NCBI GenBank assembly: GCA_000025185.1
Contig: CP001848.1
Location: 1,680,001-1,712,000 of the forward strand
Reading direction: 5' to 3'
Length of the DNA: 32,000 nucleotides
Origin: Pirellula staleyi DSM 6068
GTDB lineage: Bacteria > Planctomycetota > Planctomycetia > Pirellulales > Pirellulaceae
Positions 31,610 to 32,000 of the stretch are shown here, piece after piece. The notes beneath the pieces are model-generated. The model worked only from the letters and a program-made list of their open reading frames with translations, did not search any database and had not been told where the DNA came from. How positions within the stretch are numbered: the stretch's first letter is position 1; each line of letters begins with the position of its first letter. The position numbers were made by a program, and so were the translations under genes.

Positions 31610-32000
31610 ATGTGCACATCCCTTTCCGAGAGTTCGCTCGAGAAGAACGCCTCGAGCGAAATTTATAGCAGCGAGTATGTGCAGCGGCTGTTCGATGAAA
31701 TGTCGCACACCTATGGCATCGTGAATGTTCTCTCGTCGTTTGGCTTTGCCGTGCGCTGGCGCTCGCAGTGCATCGATCAAGCGCGAGTGGAGGTGGGAGA
31801 TCGTGTCTGCGATTTAATGTCGGGCATGGGAGAGATGTGGCCCGGCCTCGCGCGACAACTGCGCGGGCGTGGCAAGATCGTCGGCATCGACTTCTCGCGC
31901 TCGATGGTCGAGAAGTCCCAGCGAACCCTCGCGCGCATCACTCGGCAAAACGCTGAGCAGCCAATCACCATCGAAGCTCTGCTCGACGACGCGCTCGCCA
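31610..32000 (+). CDS. Class I SAM-dependent methyltransferase, UbiE/COQ5-like (5' part; runs off the right edge)
   Basis: Not in the ORF track because it has no stop inside the window. Hand translation from ATG 31610: MCTSLSESSLEKNASSEIYSSEYVQRLFDEMSHTYGIVNVLSSFGFAVRWRSQCIDQARVEVGDRVCDLMSGMGEMW...GKIVGIDFSRSMVEKSQ. The Y(D/G)..N...S.G....WR motif, the D-L-x-x-G-x-G SAM motif and G.D.S..M are all present. The frame is open from 31445, and GTG 31556 is an alternative start. Confidence 0.75.
   Translation, partial: MCTSLSESSLEKNASSEIYSSEYVQRLFDEMSHTYGIVNVLSSFGFAVRWRSQCIDQARVEVGDRVCDLMSGMGEMWPGLARQLRGRGKIVGIDFSRSMVEKSQRTLARITRQNAEQPITIEALLDDALA

Overview
GC-rich chromosomal segment that looks planctomycetal (Pirellulales-like). 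This is an inference from gene content: two DUF1559 'prepilin N-terminus + H-X9-DG' paralogues, a DUF1573 protein, a giant protein starting with an R-R-x-F-F-E-x-L-E-R-R-x-x-L-A motif, and a DPYxxWLG N-terminus at the left edge. I found no rRNA, tRNA, CRISPR array, transposase, integrase or recognisable defence genes. Housekeeping genes are intact: glmS (5708-7582 +), panB (25865-26668 -), lnt (26969-28765 +). About 38% of the window is one uninterrupted gene (7883-20212, minus). It encodes a ~4,100-aa protein in which I found no cysteine, with this order: beta-strand repeats, 2 divergent PA14-like modules, 2 canonical PA14 domains, 3 C-type-lectin-like domains (EPN and WND motifs kept, no disulfide Cys), a long beta-helix-like stalk, and a C-terminal RTX nonapeptide block. 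Other genes are a secreted DUF1080 protein, an NfeD-flotillin operon, an orphan Cys-rich protein with a CxxC-X10-CxxC ribbon, a PhyH-family dioxygenase and the 5' end of a UbiE-like methyltransferase. The best candidate for something undescribed is at 29129-30635: a near-consensus promoter, a ~190-nt leader with direct repeats, a TM + coiled-coil + small beta-domain protein, then two tandem paralogous single-TM micro-proteins (64 and 58 aa, shared TN.[FY]T...C...EL..[FY]G..PF..WKTP signature). The true reading frames of both micro-proteins are hidden inside longer ORF-track entries. Unexplained non-coding structures include three adjacent heptamer tandem arrays between the convergent glmS and giant genes (stop codons in all six frames), an inverted pair of palindromic elements with a compensatory GC<->CG swap, and a cluster of CACGAAG/CTTCGTG repeats. 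Many long ORFs in the track are antisense shadows or spurious N-terminal extensions and were rejected.
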